DNA of 64,000 bases from the human T2T-CHM13v2.0 reference genome, Homo sapiens: the NCBI RefSeq assembly GCF_009914755.1, contig NC_060926.1. The stretch is one strand, 5' to 3'. The position numbers and the translations under genes are program-made. Positions within the stretch are counted from its first letter, which is position 1; every line of letters starts with the position of its first letter. Positions 39,201 to 53,660 of the stretch are shown in pieces. Under the pieces are notes generated by a model. The model had not been told where the DNA came from and made no database searches. It was given only the letters and a program-made list of their open reading frames with translations.

Positions 39201-41559
39201 ATTCATAGAGTTATTACAGATGCCACCTTCTCAGAAGAGCCCTCTGAAACCACCCCACACAGAGACTCAGTTAGATTTCTCCATTATGTGTTCTCAAAAA
39301 ACACCCTACTTTCATCAGGGAGTTTATTACAAATATAATTAAACAATTATGTGCATTAATATTTACTTAATGTCTTTCTATCTCACTATACTCTCCTGTC
39401 TATTACTCTAACCTCAGCACTTAGCATAATACCCAGCAGGAATGCTGGCCAAATAGGCATCTCCTTCCACCACTGGAGCTAAGACTTCCACCACTGCCAC
39501 CAAGACTCCAGTGCATCCCTCTTCTGCAAGATGTACAGTCCTCATGATGCCTCTTCCTTGGACTCTAAGATGTTGACAGCAGTCAGTCTGCCTCGAGTCC
39601 GTCTGTCTCCATGCCTCACTGCCAGCAGCACTGTTGGCTGGTGACATGCCCGCCTCCATTTCCCCATCCATAAAGGTAGCCTATGTGAGCTCTTGCCAAG
39701 AGAACAGATGGCCAGGCTGTGTCCAGCTTTATCTCCTAAGGAGGTATATTTCCTTTTGCAGCTCACAACCTCCAAGAACAAGTGGCCTATGAGACAAGAA
39801 TTTGGCATTGGCTGGTCAAAATTTCTCCAAACCAGTTTCTCTATAGGCATCAGGGTAAGGTACATAAACTGCATTTTGTTCCTTCCCTTTGAGAGAACAG
39901 CTGAGGTAGAGACATTGAGGTTTCTGAAGTCAGACATACTTTGGGAAATTATTTATCTTTTTCTACATCTCATTTTTTTCATCTCTAAAATGGATAAAAC
40001 AATTATTACTCCATGATGTTGCTGTGAGGGGTCATGACAGAATGACTGTAAAATGTACCAAATGATATATTTCATTAGTCTGGTTGCATTGACATCTACA
40101 GACTCTTTTATACTCAAAACTGTATGAGGCCACCACCAATGGAAAGTGGTAAAATCTAGCGCGGCAGTCCCAGAACTACAAATAGCTCACTGGAGATAAG
40201 ATGACAACCAAGATTCTTCTAAGGCTGGCTGTCCAGGCCTGACAGTCTCCCTGAAGGCAATGAAGAAGCCATCTGTATTTCCAGTGATTTGATAAATTCC
40301 ACTGTTAGAAATTAAAACTGACAATAAGAATTTTAAGAGATGCCCAGTTAAAATACCCTAAAGGAATAGTACCTAGCCCAGGAATCATGACTATGAGAAC
40401 TGCATAATATTTTTCTGGAAGCATGTAGCATCTCCCTTTGTTTGTCTGTCTTGTAATCCCATACCTTTAATGTAAAGGGATTGGATGCTTATCTTCAAAG
40501 GTGATTAGAGTCAGGAGGTTGAAGACGCCATGTCCCACTCTATAGGCTATCTTCTAGAGAAAAGAACTCCAGGGTAAGAGGTGTCTGGTGCCTCCTTCTA
40601 CAAGTAGAGGAAAGCATGTGTCCCTGGGCCTGCATCAAAGAAGAAAAGAAAAGCATCTCAAGCACATTCAGGCTAGAGGCATGACTACCTCCTCTGAAGG
40701 CTTTAGAGACCATGCTCCCCAACACGATGCCTTCTCTTGCCCCTGGTGGCTGCGGTAATGTTACACTCTCTCAGCTCAGTCTTAAGCTGTGCTGGGTGAA
40801 GGACAGACATTCCTTGTGCAATGGACTGCGCCTCTCACTCTGCCCATGGGTTCCTCACCTCTGCAGCCTGCAGAGATGCAGTCATCATTGTAAGAGATCA
40901 CATTCTGCGAATGCAGAGATTCCAACCTGAAGAGGTGAAGAAAAGACACATTTGGGAGATGTGTTGTTCTACATTTATACCATAAATTGAAGAATAGGTG
41001 GTTTAAAGCTACAAGAAAATAATCATTTGCATGTTTCTACATAGTCTGGGTAAGTCTAGCATACAGAGTCACCACCAAGGAAGCATAGTAACAATCTCTG
41101 AGAGAGTCATTGGAAGCCAGTATTCACTGATGGCAAGGTAGATAAATGATATCGTATCATGAGTAATGATACAACCAGCATTAAAATAAATGGTATTAGG
41201 GTACTGCAGTGGCGAGAAGATCTATACTGTTTCAATACAAAAAGTTCTGAAGAGCCATGTCATTGTGAGTAATAGCAGTGTTGCTGTAGTTTTCTTGCAT
41301 AGGAGATACAAAATTAGCCAAAAACAATGCCATTGATAATAAAGAACATGAGAGATGCCTGAACATATGCACTGACTGGACAGTATATAAATATGTAAGT
41401 ATCTCTTCTATACTCATTTTTCTAAGTCTTCACTGACAAATCACTTTACTTCACAGAGGCCCATGGATTTTATAATATATTTTTAATTAAAATGCATAGA
41501 TAGGGGTCCCACAAAAACATTTGCTCAATTCCCCACACATCCTAAAGAAAGCCAGAAGA

Positions 41560-41915
41560 CCTGTCTCTCAACATCAGTTATCCCTTTCTACCATGAAGTT
41601 TTAGCTGAATAGTGTACATGGTTGCATAAAGACAACAGTCCCTAGCCTCCCTTGTTATGAAGTAGGGCCACTTAACATTTCTGGGTTATGCCTCTAAAAA
41701 GAAACATGCAGGCACTTCTACCCTTTCCCTGCTTCTGCTGTCTGGGATGAGAACAGAAGCATTCCTGGAACCCAGAAATGGAATCCAGGGGTTAGGATGA
41801 TAGTCACCTACCAGCCCTGGCTCACCCATCTCTAGACTGTCCTGTGATACAGAAATAAACTCTATTTTATTTAAGCCACTGTACTTTGAGGTGTCTTAGA
41901 GACAGCAATTTACTG
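41560..41915 (+). mobile_element. MLT1J-like LTR fragment
   Basis: CCTAGCCTCCCTTG..TCTAGACTG..AGAAATAAACTCTAT..TTTAAGCCACTGT. Confidence 0.55.
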
Positions 41916-41929
41916 AGGTGAGAAAAAAA

Positions 41930-43620
41930 GAGCCTGTGAAAAATAAATCCATGGTTCAGTTTTAGACTTATTAAGCTCAAAATTCTTATGAAATATCAAA
42001 ATGGCTATGTCAAGTGAATAGTTAGATCCAGTGTCTGAAGCTCATAAGAGAGATCTATGTTAAAGACATAAATGCAAGAATTGCCAGCATACAGATTTTA
42101 ATCAACTTTATTGAGGTATAACTTACAATAAATTGCACCCACTTAATATGTTCAATTTCATGAGTTTTGACTGATGTATACACCTATGAAACCACCTCAC
42201 AATAAAGATACAGAACACTTCCATAATCCTGAAGGGTTTTGTGGTGGTTGTTTTTTGTTTTTGTTTGTTTGTTTTTAATGCACTTCTTAGCAATCCATCC
42301 CTCCCTTCGTCCCCAGCCTCCGACAATGCTGATCAGCTTTTGCCACTATAGATTAGCTTACATATTCTAGAATTTAAATAAATGGAATCATATAGTATGT
42401 ACATGCTCCTTTCTGTCAGCCTTCTTTCATTTAGCATAACGCATTTGAGGTTTATCCATGGTGTTGTATGCACCAATAGTTCATTCTTTTTATTGCCGAA
42501 TAGTATTCCATTGTATACATAACACTACTTTGTTTATCCATTTACCTGTGGATGGACTCTTGGGTTGTTTCCAGTTATGGCCTACTGTGAATGGAGCTGC
42601 TATGAACATTCATACAAGTCTTTGTGTGGACCTGTGTTTTCCATGTAGATGGATCTTAATCTTTAAAATTCAAAATTCCCAGGAATTTGAGAAAATAAGA
42701 GAATGAAGGACCAAGCACTGAGATATTCTATTTAGAGTTTGGATAGAAGAGAAGTCTCCAAGGCAGACTTGGAAAGAAAGGCCAGAGAAGTAGAAGCAAA
42801 CCAGTTAAGCATGATGTCTCTGAAGCCAAGAAAGAAAAGGATTTCAAATGTAGGACTTGACAGCTCTGACAATGCTGCTGTGAAGCAAGATAGGAGGTGA
42901 ACTGAAGAGTGTCAATTATATTTGATAATGTCCAAGTGACTGACAACCTTAGCAAGATGAATTTAGGTGAAGAAGGGTGGTGAAAACCAAATTGGAGTTA
43001 GCCCAAAAGCAAATAAAAGGTGAGGAAGTGAAATAAATGTGTATACAAGAGTTCTTAGAAAATTGACTGTGAAAGAGGTGATTGAGGGGAAGGTAGAGTT
43101 AGGAAGAACTGTTTTAAATAAGAGATACAAAAGCATGTTGGAATGATGATGGGAAAAATTCAATTTGGGCACAGACACAGGGAAAGTGCCCTATATTAAT
43201 CCAATATGGGCATTTTATTATAGAATGCATATGACAAGGGAACTGAGGGTATCTGCAAGAAAGATATTTAAATGAACATGAAATGTAAGTGAATTGGGAA
43301 GAAAATAAAGATAGGAGATGAAGAGGTTGATGGATGGATGCTCTTAATGAAGTAATGCTGTAGTGGAAGTGGGGAAGAATAGAAGTAGTGGCTGAATAAT
43401 GGCAAGTTTGAGGAAGTGACTTCAGAGCAAGGCAGTCTCTGGCAATGACAATTCTAGAGTGTGACCATGGAAGTGAATGGCCAAGTCAAAGTGCAGGAAA
43501 AGTCATCATCACTGTGGAGGTCAGGCAACTAAGAGACAAGGTGCCTACTGTACAGGTTGTCCACATAGGCATTGAAGTTGCCAAGGGCTAAGACAAGAGT
43601 GAGGCTAGAAAACAACACTG
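41930..43620 (-). mobile_element. L2 internal fragment, interrupted by an L1
   Basis: GGTTCAGTTTTAGACTTATTAAG..; GATGTCTCTGAAGCCAAG..; GAGTGTGACCATGGAAGTG..; GTCCACATAGGCATTGAAGT. Confidence 0.6.
42096..42642 (-). mobile_element. L1MB/L1ME 3' end
   Basis: CAACTTTATTGAGGTATAA..AAATGGAATCATATAGTATG..GCTGCTATGAACATTC. Confidence 0.85.
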
Positions 43621-44967
43621 ACAACAAGCATACTCATTTCTAGGAAAAGGTCAGACCCCCCGGTCAAGATGAACTCAACATGGGAAGGAAGCATTCTAGG
43701 GGATTGGAGTCCATAGCAAACAAATACAAGCTGTGGGGCCACTGCAGGAGGTTTTGGAGTCTGGCCTCAGATTCAAAAGTTGTGAACATCCATGGGGTGG
43801 GGGTGGAGGGATGGGGGCACATGTCTGGCTTTTGTGGGAGCTCTTAATTGGCTAAAGCTATTTTGTGGCTTAAGGAAAGAATTCTAGAGAAAAATCTGTT
43901 TCTGCTATTTCCAGCAGAAGTTGTTCATATAGTCAAAGTGCCAGTCCTATGAGATACGGCCACCATTATTTTATATTTATTACTGTACTTAATCTTCTAA
44001 GAAAACAGGATTAACTTTCAGATTAAACACCATGTAAATGTTGCACTGTACTTTAATTAAAATGAATAAGCTAATTAAACCAGAAAAAAAAGTTCAAATA
44101 AGCCCACGAGAGTAAAGCATTAAAGCATATACCCTTTGTTAATGCTTTGTGATGTGAGTAAAGATTATAGCATATTAGAGATAAATATTAGTTGGCTTTT
44201 GTTATATTAAAGGTTCCTGGATCATATATCATACTATTAATGGCTAGCTTATATTAATTATGTCTGCAAACCAAAGCAATATTTGACAATTTATGATATA
44301 TGGTATATCATAACATGACTCAATTCTGAATAGGATTGTTAGTATGGATTTTAACTCTCATTTTGAATTTAGACTTCTGAAAGGTGGCAAATCTTTGTGT
44401 TTATTTAATGCCATTAGAAATAAGCCTTTAATAGAAAAAAGACTTTGTAAGACTAAAAGCAGAGATGCATTCATTTCATCCCGCTTGTTACACTAAGATC
44501 CTAAGTGTATAAGGGTTCCTCTGGAGCTATTATACCAAGTAAGGGGAAGTGCCTGGTAGCTCTCAATGAGATTCAGTCTACAACTCATTGCTACTGAAGT
44601 CAGGCCATGCTCTGCTGCGTAAATGTGCACTCTGGGCCTCTTTAACATGGAGATTATGGGTTCAATAGGCCATTGCTGCTCTTTTGGGCATAAACACATT
44701 CTTGGGGGATTTAAATATGTATACTATTGCCCAAGTCCAGTGTAATTTGGGGTATTGCTCTTATCTGTTATGTCATATATCTTTAGTAGGGACACTCTCA
44801 GTTTGCAAATGAGTAATTTCTCCATTACTGTTGGTGTACTGTTCAAACCAATTTCCCAGTTTATCCTTCATGTTGATTGACACTTAGTATCCCCTCACTT
44901 AGCGTAGATTCTTGACAGTTCCTGTAACACAGCCCTTTTTATTTCAATTGACTCTAAGATAATGGGC

Positions 44968-45060
44968 AGATGGATGAATCACGGATGGATGGATGGATGG
45001 ATGGATGGATGGATGGATGGATGGATGGATGATAAATAAGTGATAGATGATAGATAGGTG

Positions 45061-45108
<48 letters not shown>
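44968..45108 (+). repeat. Compound tetranucleotide STR: (GGAT)12 at 44983-45030 and (GATA)12 at 45061-45108
   Basis: Seen directly. Confidence 0.97.
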
Positions 45109-45109
<1 letters not shown>

Positions 45110-46029
45110 GGTTGGGGTGGAGGTGGAGGTGGGTACCAATCTCTGTCTGGTGGTCTCAGAGTCCTCTTCTCTATGTAGAACCATTCATTATTGAGAGAAA
45201 GCTGGCAAAGTGTCTTAAAGTGTCTTCCTCCAAAAAACCAACTACGTAAATTATGCAGAAGCCACACACCAGGAACTGGTAGGACATCTATCCAAATGCC
45301 TCTTAGTCACTTTCCAGTAGTCTCAGTAACACATAACCCACATCCTTACCATTGTCTGCCTTTATAACACCCACTCTTAAAACAGTTGTCCCAATAGTTT
45401 GTATGTGTAGTATTAGACTCAGCCAGTACATCACTCACAGTTGAAAACACTTTTTATCTATTTATCTAATAAACCTCTGTGTGATTTCAAACTTACTGAT
45501 GCATGGGACAGAAACATTTGTAAAAGTCCTCCTCCACCCCCAACAATTTTGTGGAACTGTGGGGATGCCTCACCACCTGAATAACCCCTGCATCCTGCAA
45601 ACTACAGAAAAACTTGGAGGCTTTCATTGACCACACCAAAAACAGAGCCAAGCTAAGTTTGTTTTTGTAGCTTTCAGATTTGACTACATATCATTTTTAT
45701 TGTTAGCATTATCACCTTGCAGTTTTATAGCCTCTTTTTTCTGAGAAGTTGAAAGAATATACGTTTTCCCACTTCATGATCACTTTTCTTTTTGCAGAAA
45801 ATTGAAGAGAAATAGAAGATAAGAAGGGGGAAAAAACTACGGTAAAACGCAAGACAAAAAATGAAAACAGAGGATGTAGTATTTGGAACAAATCCTTTCT
45901 ACCAAGTATTAATGAATTCCCACACCATGAGAAATGTGCTTAAGCCCAATTCTAACATGTCTAATTTAGGTGCTAATAAATAATTATTTGCTTTAATATA
46001 CTCCTTTCTTGCAAAAGTTTTATGTAGTA

Positions 46030-46390
46030 ATAATAATAATACTAATAAGTTGCTAACATGTACTGAATGCATACCGTGTGCTTGGCATTGCTGTTTCACA
46101 TATATTAACTTATTCTTCACAACCACCCTATGAGGTAGATACTATTTTATTATCCCCATTTTATAGATGAGGAACTGAGACACTGATAAATGAAGTAATT
46201 TTCCTCTTGTCCCAAACCACTAGGAAACAGTAAATCTAAGATTCTTCCTTTCATCTTCATAATCCCTTCAGGTAGATAAGAGTATCCCCACCTTACAAGT
46301 GAGGCTCACTGAAGCCATGTGATTAGCCCAAGGCATCAAATAACAGCAGATCTAGTAAGAGAAGAAGGAGGATTGGGACTGGGTCTCTCC
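46030..46390 (-). mobile_element. MIR SINE, possibly two fragments
   Basis: CACAACCACCCTATGAGGTAGATACTATT..CCCCATTTTATAGATGAGGAACTGAGAC. Confidence 0.7.
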
Positions 46391-47152
46391 ACACATCTGA
46401 CAGGTTGTCTCCCAGAAAGTGGGGCCATGGCCATCCCTCATTCCATGAAGTATTCCTTCAGAGGAGTCTTAACTGAGTTCCTGGAAAACTCAATCGCGAA
46501 CAGTGAAAAGAGATCTATTCTGAATAATTTTGGTCTGGAATACATTTCCAGTCACTTTGATCTGATAAATATCAGACAAGACTCAGAAATACTAATATAC
46601 ACTTATTAAGAATTCAATCAACTAAAAATCCCAACCTATAGAAAGTTTTGTTTACATACTATTGTTATAAAACCCAAATCACAAGGAAAGATGCTGATTA
46701 AAGAAACTTGTCTTCAAACCAACTTTTGTTCTTATATCTTCTTTAGTATGTCCTATGTTACTTTTGCCCTTGACCTTCACTTTTAGTTGTATTAAATGAA
46801 AAGCAGACTTGGAAGATTCTTCGAAATCAGTGATAACCAATACATAACCAGTGGCCACCACCCTCCTCTTGTGTCTGTGGCAGATATAAATTGCTCACAA
46901 GCTCTTTCATTCTGATCCATAAGAATCTATCTCAGCACCATACTCCCAGCAGCCCTTACCAATCAAAAACAATTGGTAAGCATGTTAAAACCTACTTGTA
47001 ACCTTTATTCTAGAGATGTTTAGTATCTGTCTCCTCTGTGTTCAAGTCAATATAGATGTCATTCAATGTTCTATACCTCCATTGTCTATCTCTACGCTAC
47101 TGTGCAATAGAGACCCATTAGACACCATAAGATCTAAAAGGTCTTTTACATT

Positions 47153-47315
47153 TGTCTCAGTCTATTTGGGCTGCTATAACAAAACAGGCAATTTACAAAT
47201 AACAGAAATGTATTTCTCACAGTTCTGGACATTGAGAAGTCCAAGACTGGGGGCCAGCAGGTTCAGTGTCTGGTAAGAGCTGCTCTCTGCTTCCAAAATG
47301 GTGCTTCCAAAATGG
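47153..47315 (-). mobile_element. MST/MLT1A-type MaLR LTR fragment
   Basis: TGTCTCAGTCTATTTGGGCTGCTATAACAAAA..TTTCTCACAGTTCTGGA..CTGCTTCCAAAATGG. Confidence 0.75.
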
Positions 47316-48974
47316 CTTCTGTTTCTTTGAGATGACTGAGGTGTTGAGAAGGATTACTAAGGAAAATCAGGGCACCAGTCCCCAGTGTACAAGCCATGAC
47401 AGAACCTCCCCATTGTCAACAGCTCTGCCAGTAGTAGAGGGCTAAACTTAGAGAGGACTTCAGGGACAATGGAACCACAGGGAAACTGATGAGACCTACT
47501 GAATGACTAATCTCATGCCTTCTGCGTGGACCGCCTGCCTTCCCCCAAGAAATCCATCTTCTTCGGAAAGCTCAGGCCAAGCTGGCATAGAAAAAGATCC
47601 TTTGAACCCCCAAAGCTCCATTGAGATATGAGAGCATGAATGAGTCATTTTATGAGTTTCAGGTACATTCTTGGTAAAAATAAAATAATATAAAATAAAA
47701 ATGAAGGCGTATGGTCAGATAAGTTGGTCTCTTCCCACTTCTTATCATCTTAAATTGGTGACTCTAAAAATGATACTGCACATGGCAAATGGAAGAGCAG
47801 GTAAAAGTTAAAAGATTTGCTTAAGGCCACAGAAAATCCCAGGACCAAATTTTGCAATGATTTTAGGCACTTTCTAGACACAGTCTTGAAAGTTTATAAT
47901 AATCAGCTACTTGCTACTTATGAGATACTCTTTTAAAAAAGAATTTTCTTGAGTGAAATTTATTCCCAGTTAGCTGTAGATTGCTTTAAAAAATGTACAC
48001 TGAAATGCTATATTGTCCTGGAGGTTTTTTTTCTTATTTTATTTTTTACTGTGCTAATGGTTTTGTAGATAAGGTTAATGAGATAATCTTATATTTTAAG
48101 TCTACCCAGCATAAAGATTGTTTCCTTTTACTGTTCCAATTTAAAAACAATTAATGTTCTAATCTTCTTAGAAAGTAGCTCAAATTTGGAATGGTTTGAA
48201 CTAATGCAGTTTTATCATAGTCAATAAAAGTGCTGGAATGCCACAATAATAAAATGTAAGCTAAGTAAAAGAAAAAAGTGCCAGTAATTATTCAGAACCC
48301 TGTGGCGGGGGTGTGTGGGAGGGGGGGTGTGTATATATGAGCAAGAGAGACAGTGACAGAGAAAGAAACAAAGAGAGAATGAGAATAAATATGTCAGGAT
48401 TTCCATAGAGTAGCTTTGTAGTACACGAGACATTTACAAAATCCTTGCTGATTTATGAGTCAGCCATTTTGGCTTCTGCCAGAAATGTGCTCAACAGCTA
48501 GAATCTAGTCCTGTTGGATAACCTAGTATTAACACTCAGACTTCATTTGTTTTCATCATTGCTGGCTCCTTCCCAAGGAAGGAGATTATATATGTCTTAA
48601 GATGAAAAGATTGAATTCTAAGGAGTAAAAATCCTGCATTCACAGCACACAAAACTTTTCATAAACAACTTGTCACTCTGAAAGAGAAAAAAATACTTTT
48701 CTAATATTTTATTATGTAGAAGTATATTACAAGAGTTTAAAGAGAAGAAAGGAAAAGTTTGCTGAAATGACAAAATGAAATGAACATTTGCCAACATATA
48801 TATGCAGTTGTTTTCTATTCAGCTATTTTGAAATAAAAGTCTAGAACACTCTACACAAAATGTTGATCCAACAATAAGTCACCATTAAATAATGATTCTC
48901 ACACCTAATATTCTTATTGATGAACTTCAATATGCCTTGAAACTGAGAGTTTTGATCAGACCTGTGCTCCACTC

Positions 48975-49192
48975 CAGTGATCAACAAACTATGGCCCATG
49001 AGCCACATCCAGCATGCTGCTTTTGTAAATAAAGTTTTATTGGGACACAACCATATCCATTCACTTATATATTATCTGTGGTTGCTTTCATGATAATGGC
49101 AGAGCTGAGTAGTTGCGACATTGATAGTATGTCCCATGAAGCCAAAAAAATTCACTATGTTGACCTTCCAGAAAAACTAGGCTGACCCCTTT
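48975..49192. mobile_element. MER58A hAT-Charlie MITE
   Basis: CAAACTATGGCCCATGAGCC..GTAAATAAAGTTTTATTGG..GCAGAGCTGAGTAGTTGCGAC..GCTGACCCCT. Confidence 0.85.
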
Positions 49193-51899
49193 TCTACAGA
49201 ACAAATATATTCAGTGCTTCTTCCACCAATAACATTCAAGAAATAAATAAGCCAAATGTGTTTCGTTGTATCTGCTCTCCTCCTATGCACCTATTCATTC
49301 AATAAGCATTTATTAAGTGCCCACTATGAGCCGTACACATGGTAGCCTTTTTATATGAGACCCCTAATGTCATAGACTAAAACTGAATGAGAGTTTTCTT
49401 AAGCACAATTTCTAAAAAAGAAATGCTCTAATTTCAAAGCGAATTTCTCAACGTTTTTTAGTCATAAATGTTTGCTTCCTGATTATCTCTTGTCTGAATT
49501 TAAGATTTGGAAATAAGCAAAGAGATGAAGATTGCATCTCTTTTCTAAGTTTAGCAGCACATGCCTCAGAGATGAGCCAGTGCTGTCCCACCAGCTTGGC
49601 CCTCCCTTCACTTGGCCCTCTTCCACCCCAACCTGAGAAGCCCCTCACTGGGCACACAATGAAAAATCCTACTCTAGCCCATTCCTTTATGTCTATGAAT
49701 TAAATACTCCACAGAACAATAGAGAGCTATCCTTATTTTTAAAGGTCTTTAGAAGGAGAAACCATACCTTTCCAAAGTAGGTGATTTTAGTGGCTACCAA
49801 TTTTTCCTTTTTTTTAAAAAAAAAAAAAACCCTCTCTCTTGTCTATTTACATTTAAACTCATTTACTTCTAGCTATCTTCTGAGAGTTGGGGAGTATCTT
49901 CTAGCATTCTCAGATCTGAGTAAAATATGCCTCTGTGGTTAACATATGTACAGGGGTCAAATCTTTTGGCTTCTTTGAGCAGCTTTATAGCTAATCCAAG
50001 AAATACCCACATAATGGACAAAGATGAGACAGTCCATGTGTCACCCATATTTAAAGAGTCAAGTTGCTAATTAAAGAAGCAATAAGATAATTTATTATAA
50101 CAAAATTAGATCCAGATACTATTCCTTCTGCTACAGTCACCAAAAGACTAAGCTGGGGCAAGACCTGGACTGAATATTAATGATTTTGAGTGAATGACCA
50201 GGGCTCCTTACAAACCACCAGAATCATGGAAATATTCTGAGTTTGATCTTAAGTTCATGGAAAGTAGAATATTCTAAAAGTAGCAGAATTCAACAAAGTG
50301 AGCCCAGGAGCAACAGAACTGGAACCTACCCAGTAGATACTGTTGGGCTCTAAAGAACGACACTGAGCCACTGGGCCTCCCAGCATGCTTTCTACTCCAA
50401 ACGGCAAGCCCTTTTAAAGCAATGCTTCTCCTTCCATCCATTCATCCATCAACAATAAAACTGCTTTGACAGGATTGATTTAATACTTGGGAGAGTCCTG
50501 AATTTGATGAATGCATGACAGCTGCTTATTTTGGCCTCTTTTGCAAAGCTGTAGCTAGCATTGTTAGGAAAGCTCTAGATGGAAATTCTTTCTTCCCTTT
50601 GTTTCATTTATCAGGGCATATTCAGGGTAACTGCTACAAAGAGCAGAAAAGAAATGGCTCCTGGAGCTCTTCTGATGCAAAGCGTGGGTACACTGCTGGA
50701 AACAGGCATGCTGCTGAACTGGGTGCTTATAGACTCTTTGCAGACCTATGACATTGCGCGTTAGCACCAATGCCATTATCCACGGACAAAACCTCCCTGG
50801 TTCTCTTTGACTCCCTTCAAGTCATGACAGGTCTCCTGCCTTGTTTCTTCCATCAACCATGCCAACTATTCTGGAAAATACTCTCAGGCTTCAGGGAAGA
50901 TTGTGAGGCTCTTCAAGATGTCAAAGTTCTCCCACCCATTCCTAATTGACTGTCCTTCCCAGCCTGCTCTTTCCTCTACCACTTGCTTGAAATTTCCTCC
51001 AATCACAAACACCCAGGGTCTAATTTTTCTTGTATTTCATTGCAGCAAGTCCAGCACTATCCTCTAGTGGCATTATGTCAGCCACTAAAAGTATTCTTTA
51101 GATTAAATGACAGGAAGTAAACACCCACATTGCAGAACATGCTCCACTCAAGATAGAGAGGTAAAGGGTTCATTGCCAACTGTATTTACAGCATGGTGAA
51201 CTAATGCCCCTTAGCTGAGAGGGTACAGTACAGTCATCCGCTAGCTTTCATTGGCTAAGAGCACACAATCATACTTGGAATAAGGAGAAAATGTACATTA
51301 TGGTATACCATTATGGATTGTTATATATACATATTTATAAACTTATATTCATTGGATATTTTTATTCAGTTCCACAAATTTTAGGAAAAATTTCAGAAAG
51401 TCCCACAAATTTCAGAAACAAGTAGTATTATACCAAATCGAGGCTATGTGCTTTCTGGCAAATGCTTCAGATTTTTTAGACAGATTGTTAAACTCTTCAG
51501 CTTCATCTCATAAATCTTCATTCCAAACTCAAGGGAAGTTCCAGAGGTCAATTTTTGTGGTATCAAAGCTCTCATTCTGCCTGAGTTACTCAACTGGAAG
51601 CCTCCGGAAGCCAGCTCTCCACCACAGCTCTGGCTGACACCAGAGAGAAGTGGGCAGCACCATCTATGACTCACTAAGACAAGGTAAGATGAGGGCAGGG
51701 GATTGACTGGATGGAAAAAGATAGACCAGGAGAAGATAGCTGGGGGATGGTCCAGGGAAGGGTAGGGGCAGAGGTGTGCACTGGTTTGGCCCTCAGGATG
51801 ACAGTATCCAATCAGACCAAGGGGAGAGCAATTCCAGAAGCAAAAGGAAGAGACTATTTTCAATGGAGAGGCAGAATTAAAGGCAACCTAGACAATAAT

Positions 51900-52258
51900 G
51901 TACTCTGGAGCTAGAACCAGATAGCAGGAAGGACAGATGGGCAGAAACGGGCAGCCACCTTCTCCCCAGAAAGTTGTTTATAGCTGTAGCTGTAGGAGAT
52001 GGCCACCAGACAGAAGCCATGGCCTTGCATGAGGAACACAGTCAATGCCCGCACATGGCCAGGAAGTGAGGGAGCATAGGTATAAACACCACAAATTATC
52101 TTGCTGATTCTCTTCACTGCATTCTGTTGCCAGATGCAACAGAGGGGAGGGGAGGAGCTGAACTGATGCACTGTGCAAGACAGCCTCTCAGAGCACAGAG
52201 CAGGGTGGGCAAGTGTGGACAGTGAATATGCAAGGGTGAACCAACAATCTCTAGCACA
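51900..52258 (-). mobile_element. ERVL LTR relic (LTR33-like)
   Basis: Ends GTGGACAGTGAATATGCAAGGG..TCTCTAGCACA, resembling the reverse complement of the LTR33 5' end. The other boundary is approximate. Confidence 0.4.
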
Positions 52259-53136
52259 GCTGGGACCACGACCACTTGCAGACACTGGCACAGAAGTCAT
52301 GCTTTGGATCACCACGTCTGAATTTGAGGCACTTAACTTGCTTCTAAGATGGGGAAGGGGGAGGAGTTTCTTAAATATATTCGTTTATATTCTTTTCTTT
52401 CAGTTTGGCCCAGGTACTGGCGCTCATCGGAACTCTCAGGCAGGAGTCGTCTCTGCACGTATGCAAATCTCAAAAGCACACCTCCTCTAATGCTTGCACT
52501 TGGTTCTCAGGGCACCTTTCCATAGATCAGGTCAGCATTTAATGTTCTGAGTGCCATTCAGAAACCTGAAGAAATTTACACAGCCCAGGGAGCCAGAACC
52601 AACACCTCCACTTGCAAGTATATTGGTCACATGAATTACAAAGAAGTTTTATTAAAAGAAAGTTAACTACCATTAAAAGAAATTTCCATTCAGAGTTTCA
52701 AGAAGCCCAGGGTAAGCTCTCTCACCCAGGTAGACCCCACTCCCAGCTGCTCTGGGGCAGGGCTGCTGACTCCACCAAGCGTCACTGGCTTGGACTGTGT
52801 TTCCACATTGCTACTCTCTCCTCATCACTGCTGAACCTGCAAACAGCCACTGCTTGCTGTTTCCCTGGTCACTGAGCAGCTCCCTCCACTCCCAGCCCCT
52901 CATCCTTTCAAAGCTCCCTCAGATAGTAATGTTTGTTTGCTTGCTTGCTCGTAGCTTAATTATGCTCCTTTAGCCTCTAGGCTGTGGCAGAAGGTCAAAC
53001 CACAGTTAGGCATTGAAGCCATTGCTCCCCTAGCACAATCAGCAAAACCCCAGCATGAAGCCCAAGCATCTCAACTCTCTCCTGCCTAGAGGTAAATTCC
53101 TTCTCCACCAGGCGCTCTCTGAAGATTGTAAGGAGG

Positions 53137-53170
53137 CTCTCTCTCTCTCTCTCTCTCTCACTCTCTCTCT
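53137..53170 (+). repeat. (CT)n microsatellite
   Basis: Seen directly. Confidence 0.9.
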
Positions 53171-53454
53171 ATTTTGTTATTTCATACCTGTTGCTAACCA
53201 TCCATTTTAACCTTTCTCTTCACTGTTTTTACCCACTGGGATTCCTCAGCAAACACAAGTTTTATGGATGTTTTGCAAAGACAAGATGGTGTTGAGAGAA
53301 TGAAAAGGTGATAGCAATCATGTATCTGCGTTTTTTGCCCACAGTTTATCGAGATGCTACACAGCTTGATAGGTTCTTAATTAGTCTGACCCAGAGAATC
53401 TGAGACCTTCTAAAAGCAGTTTCAGAAAGAGCAATACAAATCACCACCATTATA

Positions 53455-53660
53455 ATAAAAGCCACTGTTTATTGAGACTAGGTCCTGTACCTATTTAAAC
53501 TGTGTGCCTTACATATGTATCCTTTAATCCCCACAGCAGCCCAATGTGTTATATATTATTATCTTCATTTTAGGAATTAGCTTACAGAATTTAGGTAATA
53601 TACCCAAGATTAACAAGTCATAAATTGCAAAAACAGGATTTGAATTCAGATCCTGGGCAG
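53455..53660 (-). mobile_element. MIR SINE
   Basis: TTTAATCCCCACAGCAGCCC..CCCAAG..CAGGATTTGAATTCAG. Confidence 0.6.

Noticed and set aside
39414-40016. Cluster of 85-131 aa ORFs
   Set aside because: No recognisable domain or convincing splice boundaries, and they partly overlap L2 and MIR relics.
44114-44148. 10-bp inverted repeat AAAGCATTAA...TTAATGCTTT as a possible miRNA hairpin
   Set aside because: The stem is too short and AT-rich, and is plausible by chance.
51053-51073. CTCF-like GCCACTAGAGGATAG (minus strand), and ACTAGGGGGCAGTG near 60001-60015
   Set aside because: Each mismatches two core positions, which is too weak without ChIP data.
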